Assembly: GCA_021129515.1 (NCBI GenBank)
Contig: JAJOLD010000001.1
Location: forward strand, 257,217-321,216
Direction: 5' to 3'
DNA: 64,000 nt
Source of the DNA: Minisyncoccota bacterium
GTDB taxonomy: Bacteria > Patescibacteriota > Minisyncoccia > Phycocordibacterales > UBA918
Each line of letters starts with the position of its first letter. Positions within the stretch are counted from its first letter, which is position 1. This document shows, one piece after another, positions 17,600-26,396 of the stretch. The notes under the pieces were generated by a model. The model searched no databases. It was not told where the DNA came from and saw nothing but the letters and a program-made list of their open reading frames with translations. Both the position numbers and the translations under genes were made by a program.

Positions 17600-17822
17600 G
17601 CTATAATAAAAACGGTAGGATAAGAGTCCGTCAGAGATTGCTGCGCTTACCAACCGCAGGTACACATGTGCTGTACGTATACACCTAATCTGACGCAAAT
17701 AACAAAGAGCCAAGTCGTCCTGATTTGGAAGCCCGGTGGAACCGCGGATAAGATAGTCATCTTAATCGTCCGAGTGAGTGTATGAAGCAACAATTTCATA
17801 CTTTCACCTGGGCGTTTTTTAC
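17600..17822 (+). promoter_or_regulatory. T-box leader (tRNA-sensing riboswitch) upstream of thrS
   Basis: T-box consensus AGCCCGGTGGAACCGCGG at 17731-17747. Candidate specifier region CTTACCAACC with ACC (Thr) followed by a purine. AGAGA motif at ~17631. U-run GGGCGTTTTTT at ~17810-17820. Confidence 0.7.
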
Positions 17823-17834
17823 TTTATAAGTACC

Positions 17835-17909
17835 GTCATCGCGAGGGACGAAGCGATCCAGAGTATAGGCGCCAAACTCCTGGATTGCTTTGCATCCGCT
17901 CGCAATGAC
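17835..17909. repeat. imperfect palindromic repeat element (GTCATCGCGAGGGACGAAGCGATCCAG ... CTGGATTGCTTTGCATCCGCTCGCAATGAC) lying between the T-box and the thrS start codon
   Basis: It is a member of the same family as the elements at 31535-31609, 47553-47701 and 4013-4085. Confidence 0.7.
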
Positions 17910-17929
17910 ACCCTAATTAACATACAACA

Positions 17930-19717
17930 GTGATTATGAGTAACTTAGAACAAAAACGACACACCCTCGCACACCTTCTCGCCGACGCGGTGCGCAAGGA
18001 ATACCCCCACGCGAAACCAACCATCGGCCCTGCAATCGAGAATGGCTTTTATTATGACTTTGATTTCTCTGGAGGTCCTAATCCTTCGGACGGACAAGCG
18101 AATGCACCCGGCGATGGAGACCTGAAGAAAATCCAAAAGCACATGAAGAAGACATTGTCTTCGTGGACAGCATTTTCCCACAAAGAAGTATCTGCAGACG
18201 ATGCTCGTGCATACTTCAAAGACAATCCGTACAAAATCGAGCTCATTGATGAACTTGAGAAAGCGGGTGAAGCAATTACGTTCTATACAGTTGGCAAAGA
18301 AGGTGCCGAATTTACCGACCTCTGCGGTGGTGGCCACGCTGAGAATCCTGCAGCAGACATTCCCACTGACAGCTTCAAGCTCGACAAAATCGCCGGTGCG
18401 TACTGGCGGGGTGACGAGAAGAACGCAATGCTCACGCGCATCTACGGTGTCGCCTTTGATACAAAAGAAGACCTCGAAGCATACGAAGTACAGCTCGAGG
18501 AAGCAAAGAAGCGCGACCACCGGAAGCTCGGCAAAGAGCTCGACCTATTCACCTTTTCAGAACTGGTCGGTTCGGGGCTGCCGCTCTTTACCCCAAAAGG
18601 AACCCTGATGCGTGACTTAATCGTTGAGAAAATCATGCACATTCAGGCAAAATATGGGTATGAAAAGGTAACGATTCCACACATTACGAAATGTGACCTA
18701 TACAAAACCTCAGGACATTGGGAGAAATTTGGAGATGAATTATTTAAAGTGAAAGGAAAGTCGGACGCTGAGTTTGTGATGAAGCCGATGAATTGCCCGC
18801 ACCATACACAAATTTTTGCGAGTAAGCCACGCTCATACAAAGAACTCCCCATCCGATACGCGGAAGCAACCATGGTGTACCGCGATGAGCAGCAGGGTGA
18901 GCTAATTGGACTTGGGCGTGTCCGTTCCATTACGCAAGATGATGGACATGTCTTTTGTACCACTGACCAAATTGAACAAGAAGTCGAAAATATTGTGCAT
19001 GTGATTAGTGAGTTTTACCAAAGCCTCGGCATGTTTACCGAAGGCAATTATTGGGTATCCCTTTCAGTACGTGACCCAGAGGAGCCTGACAAGTCCCTTG
19101 GTGGTACAGAAGTATGGGACAAAGCGGAAGCAACACTCGCTGCGATTGCAGAAAAGCTCTCACTTCCCTACACACGCGTTGAAGGAGAAGCTGCATTTTA
19201 TGGACCAAAACTCGACTTTATGTTTAAAGACGCACTGGGTCGTGAGCGGCAGCTTGCAACTGCACAGCTCGATTTTGTGATGCCGGGACGGTTTAACCTA
19301 GAATACACCGACAATGAAGGCAATAAACAGACACCGGTCATGATTCATCGCGCAATTGCCGGCTCACTTGAGCGATTCATGGCAATTATGATTGAGCATT
19401 TTGCGGGGGCCTTTCCACTCTGGCTCTCCCCTGTACAAGTTGCGGTGATTCCGGTTTCAGATGCACACAACGAATACGCACAGAGCGTCTACGATGCGCT
19501 CAAGGCTGCCGGTATTCGTACCGAGCTCGATACCTCAAATGAGTCAATGGGCAAGAAGATTCGGAATGCAAAGAAAGAGAAGCTGCCATACTTTGTTGTT
19601 ATCGGCGACAAGGAAGTCGGGGGGAAAACGATTACGGTTGAATCACGCGATGGCGAATCAACTGCAATGACTTTGAGTGCATTTACGAATCATCTTCTGA
19701 GCGAGATTGATACCTAG
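17930..19717 (+). CDS. thrS: threonyl-tRNA synthetase, short form without an N-terminal TGS domain
   Basis: Class II aaRS core with motifs CGGGHAENP and MNCPHH and a C-terminal anticodon-binding domain. Confidence 0.96.
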   Translation: MIMSNLEQKRHTLAHLLADAVRKEYPHAKPTIGPAIENGFYYDFDFSGGPNPSDGQANAPGDGDLKKIQKHMKKTLSSWTAFSHKEVSADDARAYFKDNPYKIELIDELEKAGEAITFYTVGKEGAEFTDLCGGGHAENPAADIPTDSFKLDKIAGAYWRGDEKNAMLTRIYGVAFDTKEDLEAYEVQLEEAKKRDHRKLGKELDLFTFSELVGSGLPLFTPKGTLMRDLIVEKIMHIQAKYGYEKVTIPHITKCDLYKTSGHWEKFGDELFKVKGKSDAEFVMKPMNCPHHTQIFASKPRSYKELPIRYAEATMVYRDEQQGELIGLGRVRSITQDDGHVFCTTDQIEQEVENIVHVISEFYQSLGMFTEGNYWVSLSVRDPEEPDKSLGGTEVWDKAEATLAAIAEKLSLPYTRVEGEAAFYGPKLDFMFKDALGRERQLATAQLDFVMPGRFNLEYTDNEGNKQTPVMIHRAIAGSLERFMAIMIEHFAGAFPLWLSPVQVAVIPVSDAHNEYAQSVYDALKAAGIRTELDTSNESMGKKIRNAKKEKLPYFVVIGDKEVGGKTITVESRDGESTAMTLSAFTNHLLSEIDT

Positions 19718-19728
19718 ACACCTTCACA

Positions 19729-19768
19729 GGCAACAAAAAAATCCCCTTGCGGGGATTTTTTTGTTGCC
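19729..19768. terminator. bidirectional terminator (GGCAACAAAAAAATCCCC-TTGC-GGGGATTTTTTTGTTGCC) between thrS and the convergent surface-protein gene
   Basis: Perfect long stem with A/T runs. Confidence 0.85.
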
Positions 19769-19783
19769 TCTATGAAAGGAAGT

Positions 19784-22700
19784 TTAGCCAATAGCTTTCA
19801 CTGCCTTCATCACAGCCAACTTAACGGAAGCTGTTTCGTTAGAGTACGTACCATCAATTGCTGAGGTAAGCGCTCCGATAGCTGCTTCGTACTTCGCGTC
19901 GAGGTCGGCATTTTGACCCTTCGTCGCTCGGTACTGTGCATCAAGGTCTGCTGCTGCAGTCGCAAGTGTCGCAAGTGGGTTTTCACCAAGTGTTGCGTAT
20001 GCAGCTACTACGTCACCCTTCATGATTGCTGCCGCAAGTGCGTCAGTTGACGCTGGAGTGGCAACGGGTGCTGGAGTTGGTGCTGCGGTCATCTGCACAC
20101 CTGCAGCATGCATAAGTGCTACTGCACGTTCTTTGTTGATGACTGCCCATCCATCTTCAAGTGGATGTGCTTCTTTCACTTTGTTAATAAGTGTATCCAA
20201 GAGTGCAAATCGCGCTTCAGTAGTATCAGCTTGTTCGATAATGAATCGAATTGCGTTACTTGAAAGTAGACAATTTGCTTCGTTTGCTCGGTTTTCGAGT
20301 GCTGCGATTTCGTCGGCATCCTGACCGTTGTCTGCAAATGCCACATCCTCTGTTGCCACCTCTTCTGTGTCCGCTGCATATCCAACAACTGGATTGTATG
20401 TTGCAGTTGGCAGATTTGATGGAATGTCAGTCGCTGCAGGAATCGTGTGCTTGGTCACCTCAGGAACAGTTACGCTCTGTGGCATAAATGTCTGTTCTGT
20501 TGCCGTATCATTTGGAAGTTCGATACCAAGTACTGAACTCTTTCGAATCACGAGTACGTATGCAACACCAAGACTCCAGACAATAAGCAGTGTGTAGAAG
20601 ATTGCGGTCAATGTTGGACCTGCTTCAAAACCAGTGTATGGCACGCTTCCGAGGGACACCACGAGTGGCTGTTGGTCACGTACAACACTCAAGGTTACAT
20701 CATCTTCAATTTCTACCTCGACTTTACAGTCACGATCCCTACTTCCACGGAATACGGTCATCGTATACTCAGTATCTCGCGTTGGCTTGAGGGTAATAGA
20801 ACCGTCATCCTCGTCAACATCTTTATCTTCTGATCGTTCGGTGTCGATAATCACGTTTCCGCGGTTATCTTCAATCTTCATGTCATTTGTTCGGGCGTTG
20901 TCCCAGGTAAGGGTAATTTCTTCACCCTTGGTAATCTTGGTGTCTGAAATTTCAAGTTCACAACGAGGTGAGCTTGAACCACCACCGCCACCACCAGAAG
21001 TGGTATCAACTGATACGGTACACGTCACTTCATCGGTACCATCGGTAGCAGTAAGCGTGTAGGTGGTATCGCTGTTTACGGTAACGGTTTCATCACCATC
21101 AACAGCTACCGCACCAATACCTTGGTCAATAGACACACTCGTTGCACCAGTTGTGTTCCACTTGAGTTCTACTGATGAACCTTCATGAACACTGCTGTCA
21201 CTCACCGTAAATGCATCACAACGTAGTTCTGAAACCGGTTCATCTTCAATAGTTACCGTATCATCACAGGTCACAGTCTTACCATGTCCTGTTGCAGTCA
21301 ATGTATATGTTGTATCGGTAGTTGGTGCAGATGTAGTAGAACCATCAGTTGTGACAGAACCAATACCTTGGTCAATAGATACCGTATCAGCATTTACCGT
21401 TGACCACGTGAGCGTCACGTCGTCACCCTTGGTAATCGTGTCGGGAGTCACGGCAAGTGTACACTGTGGTTCAGGATTTGGCGTTGCAACAATAATTTTT
21501 TCTTCACATGTTACCTGACCGCCAGCGCCCGTTGCAGTAAGGGTATAGGTTTTTGTTTCTGTTACGTTGAGTACCTTGCTTCCATCGGGATCTACCGTAC
21601 CAACCCCTTGGTCAATAGAGACATCAGTAGCGTTTGTTGTTTCCCACGTGAAGGTCACGTCGCCACCACCAATAGGAAGTGATGCTGGAATACCAGCAAA
21701 TGCATCACAGGTAGGTGCAGGTACTTCGATTTTTTCAAACATCGCACATACTGGTTCTACGCTGTTTGCTGATGTGGTGTCTGGGTATTTTGCATGTATT
21801 GCTTTAATACCAGTAATTGGCTGTGTGAGCATATACTTTGTTTCGACAACCTGCTCACGCTGTGCTTCACGCACAGTATCAGCAAGATCACCAATTGCAT
21901 CAGATGCTTGTACACGAGTACCGTTCACAAAGAATCCAAGGTACCACCGTTCATCTGGCTGTGAGACTTGCTCACGACCGTTGTACCCATCCCATGAGAA
22001 GAGGGTAATTTTGTAGCTCCCAGCATCAAGATTCACATTTCGAAGCACAGTTGTCGCTTGTGAAGAATCTTGGTCGCTGCGGATGCGATTATTAAATGAA
22101 ACAACAGTTCGGTCAGCATTGCCCGCAAATGGACATGCTGGACGTACCGGATTTTCTGGCACCTCGACAACCACCTCAGTTGTACAGGTTTTGCTTCCTG
22201 CTGCATTTTTTGCAGTGAGAGTGTACGTTGTGTCGGTTGTTGGTGCTACGGTTGTCGTACCGTCTTCAGCAACAACACCAACGCCATTATCAATCATAAC
22301 TTCGGTTGCGTCGGTAGTCTCCCAAGTCAACGTTGCTGACGCACCTTTCGTAATTTTTGATGGCTGTGCGTCAAATGCATCACATGTTGGCAATGGATCT
22401 GGAATGCGTTCAACCATTGCACACACTGGCCAAAGACTATTTGGACTTGTGTTGTCTACCCATGCTGCATGTACTGCTTTTACACCGGTAATTGTGTCGG
22501 TAATAGTAAGTGCATTGTTCACCTTTTGCTTTCGCTGTGCAGTTTCTACACCATCAGCAAGATCAGCTGTTGAACCAGACTCAGCAAGTACGTTTGCACC
22601 ATTGAGGAACACCAAACGGTATTGCTCTCGATTCTGTCCAGTTACTGCTGTGCGCCCAACATACCCGTCGTACGCAAAGAGGTGTACTTTGTAGTCTCCC

Positions 22701-23041
22701 GCAGGAAGATTGGTTGACTCAACATCAGTTTCAGGATTATTGAAATTCTTTGAGCTGTAAATACGGTCAGTGAATTCAAAAACTGTTTTAGTATCACTAT
22801 CCTTAAATGGACATGCCGGAGGATCAATAAATTGTGTTGATGCAGATGCAACTGCCACCTCCATGGTCAATCCAGTTGTGTCAGTGCCCACATTTCCTAG
22901 TGATGGTAGCATCACAAAAACCGCAAGCAATGCACTGATAAGCGCAATAGCGGTAAATGCAACAGTACCAATATGTGTGTGTTTGATAATTGTATTCATG
23001 ATAATGTTTGTTGTTTCTAAATAATCCCACCTGCAATGCAC
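19784..23041 (-). CDS. giant repeat-containing surface protein (1085 aa) with an LPXTG-like sorting segment in mid-protein
   Basis: N-terminal signal/TM, then two tandem ~230-aa repeats (ACPF...YK..LF..DGY.GR...PVCAM.E.I..P.PTCDAF), then five Ig-like ~90-aa repeats (TLTW.T.NA..V.ID.G.G.V...TTDTTYTLTA). It continues with a Gly/Ser stretch, the segment SLGSVPYTGFEAG, a TM helix PTLTAIFYTLLIVWSLGVAYVLVI, then RK, and a ~290-aa tail. The likely start is the Met at ~22999 (MNTIIKH...). Confidence 0.85.
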   Translation of the reverse strand: MHCRWDYLETTNIIMNTIIKHTHIGTVAFTAIALISALLAVFVMLPSLGNVGTDTTGLTMEVAVASASTQFIDPPACPFKDSDTKTVFEFTDRIYSSKNFNNPETDVESTNLPAGDYKVHLFAYDGYVGRTAVTGQNREQYRLVFLNGANVLAESGSTADLADGVETAQRKQKVNNALTITDTITGVKAVHAAWVDNTSPNSLWPVCAMVERIPDPLPTCDAFDAQPSKITKGASATLTWETTDATEVMIDNGVGVVAEDGTTTVAPTTDTTYTLTAKNAAGSKTCTTEVVVEVPENPVRPACPFAGNADRTVVSFNNRIRSDQDSSQATTVLRNVNLDAGSYKITLFSWDGYNGREQVSQPDERWYLGFFVNGTRVQASDAIGDLADTVREAQREQVVETKYMLTQPITGIKAIHAKYPDTTSANSVEPVCAMFEKIEVPAPTCDAFAGIPASLPIGGGDVTFTWETTNATDVSIDQGVGTVDPDGSKVLNVTETKTYTLTATGAGGQVTCEEKIIVATPNPEPQCTLAVTPDTITKGDDVTLTWSTVNADTVSIDQGIGSVTTDGSTTSAPTTDTTYTLTATGHGKTVTCDDTVTIEDEPVSELRCDAFTVSDSSVHEGSSVELKWNTTGATSVSIDQGIGAVAVDGDETVTVNSDTTYTLTATDGTDEVTCTVSVDTTSGGGGGGSSSPRCELEISDTKITKGEEITLTWDNARTNDMKIEDNRGNVIIDTERSEDKDVDEDDGSITLKPTRDTEYTMTVFRGSRDRDCKVEVEIEDDVTLSVVRDQQPLVVSLGSVPYTGFEAGPTLTAIFYTLLIVWSLGVAYVLVIRKSSVLGIELPNDTATEQTFMPQSVTVPEVTKHTIPAATDIPSNLPTATYNPVVGYAADTEEVATEDVAFADNGQDADEIAALENRANEANCLLSSNAIRFIIEQADTTEARFALLDTLINKVKEAHPLEDGWAVINKERAVALMHAAGVQMTAAPTPAPVATPASTDALAAAIMKGDVVAAYATLGENPLATLATAAADLDAQYRATKGQNADLDAKYEAAIGALTSAIDGTYSNETASVKLAVMKAVKAIG

Positions 23042-23287
23042 GCGAGAATATCAAAAATAACAAATATGATACGCACCATCACCACATGCAGACGATTGCT
23101 GTGGTAGACGATACTAGTAGGTTGTAAAAGAGGTTATTTGGGTCGCACCCAAAGAACAAGTAATAGTAAAATTGTATACTATTTTTAATATTTTGTCAAG
23201 TATCATACCTACTCCATCAGGCTACCAAAGGTATACACCGAAATGGACGGTTTTTCACCCTTTACAACAATGCAGATATACTGCCAA

Positions 23288-24106
23288 CTATACATCTGCA
23301 TTTAATGCTCGTTTTTCAACAAGCGTTGCTTCGACAATATAGCGATCATCTTTTGAACCAAATGAGTTACAAGTCGCAAGTGTCAGTTTTGCTTCCCCAT
23401 ATTCAATTGCGACATCAGCACTGCTTGCCTTTACTTCGTAGACACGGTCTACACGATATACATACTCCATATCTGCTGAGTGGAGGCGCACGGTATCACC
23501 CCAAGTGAGTTTCTGGATACCGTTAAATGCTTGAAAATTCTTATTGATGACATTAGGCAGATAGCTTGAGTGCCCAAAGAGAAACAACGTACCATCTTGC
23601 ATGAGGTTCGCTGAATCAGGGTGTCGCACTACACCTGAAAGCAACGCATGGTCAAGGTCAGCAATACTGGTTGATTGCGGATTACGCACTGACACGATGC
23701 GATTATCAAGCGAATCAAAGATAATCTGGAGTGGCAGTGCTGCCGTTGCGGCAGGCGCATCCGCAGAAGAAGACGTGTATACTTCTTCTGTACGAACTGG
23801 CTCAGACGCAGCACGGAGCGTATCTGTACGTAACACTTCAGTATCAGCATCAATTTCAGCGCTCTGTTCAGCGATGGTAGGGCTATCTGGTACCGGAGTA
23901 GCAAACGTAGGCTCGTCAATCACCACAGCAGCTTTGGTCTCAGATGCATCGTGAGTTGGTTTCTCCGGCAAAAAATCAATAACGAATAGAAGCCCATACG
24001 TTACCGTAATAACACCCATAAATACCAAGAAAAAGAGTACCTTTTCCTCCCAAAAAATATCCCAGATGTCAGGTGTATTGTTGTCGTGTGTAATCTTTGT
24101 AGTCAT
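23288..24106 (-). CDS. sortase family transpeptidase, membrane-anchored
   Basis: N-terminal TM segment. Catalytic His in FLFGHSSY and catalytic Cys in LTLATCNSF (TLxTC motif). It is adjacent to the candidate substrate. Confidence 0.85.
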   Translation of the reverse strand: MTTKITHDNNTPDIWDIFWEEKVLFFLVFMGVITVTYGLLFVIDFLPEKPTHDASETKAAVVIDEPTFATPVPDSPTIAEQSAEIDADTEVLRTDTLRAASEPVRTEEVYTSSSADAPAATAALPLQIIFDSLDNRIVSVRNPQSTSIADLDHALLSGVVRHPDSANLMQDGTLFLFGHSSYLPNVINKNFQAFNGIQKLTWGDTVRLHSADMEYVYRVDRVYEVKASSADVAIEYGEAKLTLATCNSFGSKDDRYIVEATLVEKRALNADV

Positions 24107-24157
24107 AACTTATGTAAATATATAATACATTATTTATACTTATTTGTCAACATCACT

Positions 24158-24177
24158 TAGAACCAGTCTCAAACCCC
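24158..24177 (-). promoter_or_regulatory. conserved motif GGGGGTTTGAGACTGGTTCT (minus-strand sense) upstream of the sortase gene; a TTGACA-17-TATTAT promoter follows on the minus strand
   Basis: It forms an inverted pair with 24251-24271 in the divergent intergenic region. Confidence 0.6.
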
Positions 24178-24250
24178 CTGGAGCACTAAGATTTTCAAAA
24201 TGTGTTGAGAATCGACTGCCCAGAACAGTTTTTTAGAATATCTTTTACGT

Positions 24251-24271
24251 GGGAGTTTTGAGACTGGTTCT
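24251..24271 (+). promoter_or_regulatory. conserved motif GGGAGTTTTGAGACTGGTTCT upstream of gene 24365-25459
   Basis: Plus-strand copy of the shared motif. A larger ~90-nt block (24207-24271) is conserved with 41663-41727. Confidence 0.6.
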
Positions 24272-24364
24272 TATGTACGGCGATACATACATAGGGCTAT
24301 ATAGTGTATGCGTACACAATACCATATTGACAAAAGACTTCTTGGATGGTAGTATCCCCGCACT

Positions 24365-25459
24365 ATGAATCAGGTATCAGAAAAATCAAAAAACGGAGCC
24401 ATTAAGACCTTAGCAATTATTGGCTTTGTTGCCATGGTGGTACTTGTGGTGTGGCTATTTATACAAGTAATTCGTGTTGTGCCAACCGCATTCTCTTCCC
24501 TCGCCTCTTTGGCTGATAGTGTCTACAACAATCGACCTATCAATACACTCGATGTCGCTCTTGAAAAAAGCATTGTCAATGCAGGTGATGATTTCACCGT
24601 ATCATGGACCAATCTTAATCGTGAAGGTATCTACACCTTCCAGTACGAGTGTGTCGATGGTGTATCGGTTGATGTCCGTACTGCAGCTGGTGTAAACGCA
24701 GTACCCTGTGAGCACGGACTTGCACTTCCAGGAAGTACAAACCAAATGGACATGCTTATCTCATCAGAAAAACGACGATTTACTGATGTACCCTTCACCC
24801 TCACTTTCACCGAGATAAACGAGGTAGAACCACTCTTCACTCGTGACGGTAAAGTAACCATCATCAATGCTACTATCCCGCAAAACGTAGATCTTGCTGA
24901 ACACACTGATGACGATACCGACACCACCACTGATACCACACCTGACACTGCTCACGGTACGGTTGCTGGTGAACGTACAACTACCGAAGAAAGCACCGAA
25001 GTTGCAACACGACCAACACCAACACAAACAACAGGCACGACCCCGGCGCCACGTACTCCCACACCAACAACCTACTCATACATCCCGGTATCATATGAAA
25101 ATGGTTTTACCGACCTTCGGGTAACCTTCCTCGGTATCGGTGTGTTGAGCGGTGGCACCTTTACACCAAAGGCGGCACTCGACACTGACGAAGATAATGG
25201 TGCATTCCAGTTTGAGGTAAAGAACATTGGTACCAAAACTTCAGAAAAGTGGTCATTTGAGGCAATACTACCATCAGGCCAGGAATTCGACTCAGAAAGC
25301 CAGACCGCACTCAAGCCAAACGAACGAGCAGTATTTACGTTAGGATTTGAAGATATTGGAGATACTGGTTCAAAAGAAATTTCTGTTGCACTTGACGTCG
25401 ACAATGACTCTAAGAAAAGTAACAACTCCTTTGACTGGAGCGTGAAAGTGACTGACTAG
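24365..25459 (+). CDS. membrane-anchored cell-surface protein with a Thr/Pro-rich linker and a CARDB-like C-terminal domain
   Basis: N-terminal TM. TTTDTTPDT...PTPTQTTGTTPAPRTPTPTT linker. The C-terminal FQFEVKNIGTKTSEKWSFEAILPSG pattern resembles CARDB/DUF11 beta-sandwich domains. Confidence 0.7.
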   Translation: MNQVSEKSKNGAIKTLAIIGFVAMVVLVVWLFIQVIRVVPTAFSSLASLADSVYNNRPINTLDVALEKSIVNAGDDFTVSWTNLNREGIYTFQYECVDGVSVDVRTAAGVNAVPCEHGLALPGSTNQMDMLISSEKRRFTDVPFTLTFTEINEVEPLFTRDGKVTIINATIPQNVDLAEHTDDDTDTTTDTTPDTAHGTVAGERTTTEESTEVATRPTPTQTTGTTPAPRTPTPTTYSYIPVSYENGFTDLRVTFLGIGVLSGGTFTPKAALDTDEDNGAFQFEVKNIGTKTSEKWSFEAILPSGQEFDSESQTALKPNERAVFTLGFEDIGDTGSKEISVALDVDNDSKKSNNSFDWSVKVTD

Positions 25460-25476
25460 TAGTTAGTACTTAGTCA

Positions 25477-25516
25477 ACAAGAAACCCGCGGCCTCCGGCT
25501 GCGGGTTTCTTGTTGT
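25477..25516 (+). terminator. rho-independent terminator after gene 24365-25459
   Basis: ACAAGAAACCCGC...GCGGGTTTCTTGT followed by a T-rich run. It is preceded by a three-frame stop cluster, TGACTGACTAGTAGTTAGTACTTAG. Confidence 0.85.
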
Positions 25517-25621
25517 AATTTTAAATTTTGAATTATACATTTGACCAATATTTTAATCATCAATTTAGTCAAATCGATACCAACCCATGGCAATCAAATA
25601 ACGAACCACACACCTCATGCG

Positions 25622-25957
25622 TTAGTGCCTAGACCGCTTAATCTCATGGAAAATTTCCTCATAGAATCTTTCACATTCTGTGTACGTCATAAAAAGACTC
25701 TCAATTACATGTCCACCAGCATGAGCAACAAATTTTTCATACAGCTCCTCACGTTCTGGGGTGTCTAGATATCGAGTGATAGTATATTTTATAGCGTTAT
25801 CACTCCAGAATTGTATATAGAAAATATCATATTCCTTTTCTTCTGCGTATGGTGAGCTCTTTATGTACTCTATTCCACATGAAAATATTTTAGCTTCATA
25901 ATCAAGTGCCTGTTTTATATGTTCTGAATTGAGAAGATTATTCTCTGCTAAGTACAT
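25622..25957 (-). CDS. hypothetical cytoplasmic protein in a low-GC islet; its size and context suggest an immunity protein
   Basis: 111 aa. Markedly AT-rich relative to its neighbours. The start codon overlaps the stop of the upstream secreted-protein gene (ATGTACTTAG). Confidence 0.5.
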   Translation of the reverse strand: MYLAENNLLNSEHIKQALDYEAKIFSCGIEYIKSSPYAEEKEYDIFYIQFWSDNAIKYTITRYLDTPEREELYEKFVAHAGGHVIESLFMTYTECERFYEEIFHEIKRSRH

Positions 25958-26319
25958 TTGATATTCAGTGACTTGGGTACCAGCAAAAAACTCTCCACCA
26001 CCTGCCGGTCGCGATGAAACACTTCAACAATAGCGATTTCAATGTCATCCCTCACTCCGTTGTCATTCGTGTCCACAAAAGACCGCTTTGCTTCACGAGG
26101 AGTTGGAACGGCTGGAAGTACATCGGTGTAGAATTTTGATTCCTTTACTACACTATCACTGTCTGCATATTTTTGGTTATGCTCCGCTATAAAAGCTTTC
26201 TGCTTTTGGTATGTTGTCTGTTCATCATATAGTTTAAAAATTTGCACTAGTGCAAAAGCTGCCAGAAGCACTGCCAAAATTGCGTACCGTTTCTTCATAT
26301 GACTAATTGTACCAAACAA
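25948..26319 (-). CDS. hypothetical small secreted protein (signal peptide MKKRYAILAVLLAAFALVQ)
   Basis: Likely start at ~26298. Translationally coupled to the 25622-25957 gene. Confidence 0.5.
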   Translation of the reverse strand: MFGTISHMKKRYAILAVLLAAFALVQIFKLYDEQTTYQKQKAFIAEHNQKYADSDSVVKESKFYTDVLPAVPTPREAKRSFVDTNDNGVRDDIEIAIVEVFHRDRQVVESFLLVPKSLNIKCT

Positions 26320-26396
26320 AACCCCGCAGGCTTCGCCTGCGGGGTTTTGTTTCCATATACTTATACTAAATACTTATTCTATATACTGAGCGCCAG

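Noticed and set aside
19784-23041. Diversity-generating retroelement target (TR/VR pair) in the surface protein's internal repeats
   Set aside because: The tandem repeats are only ~40-50% identical at protein level, not adenine-specific near-identical copies. No reverse transcriptase is nearby.
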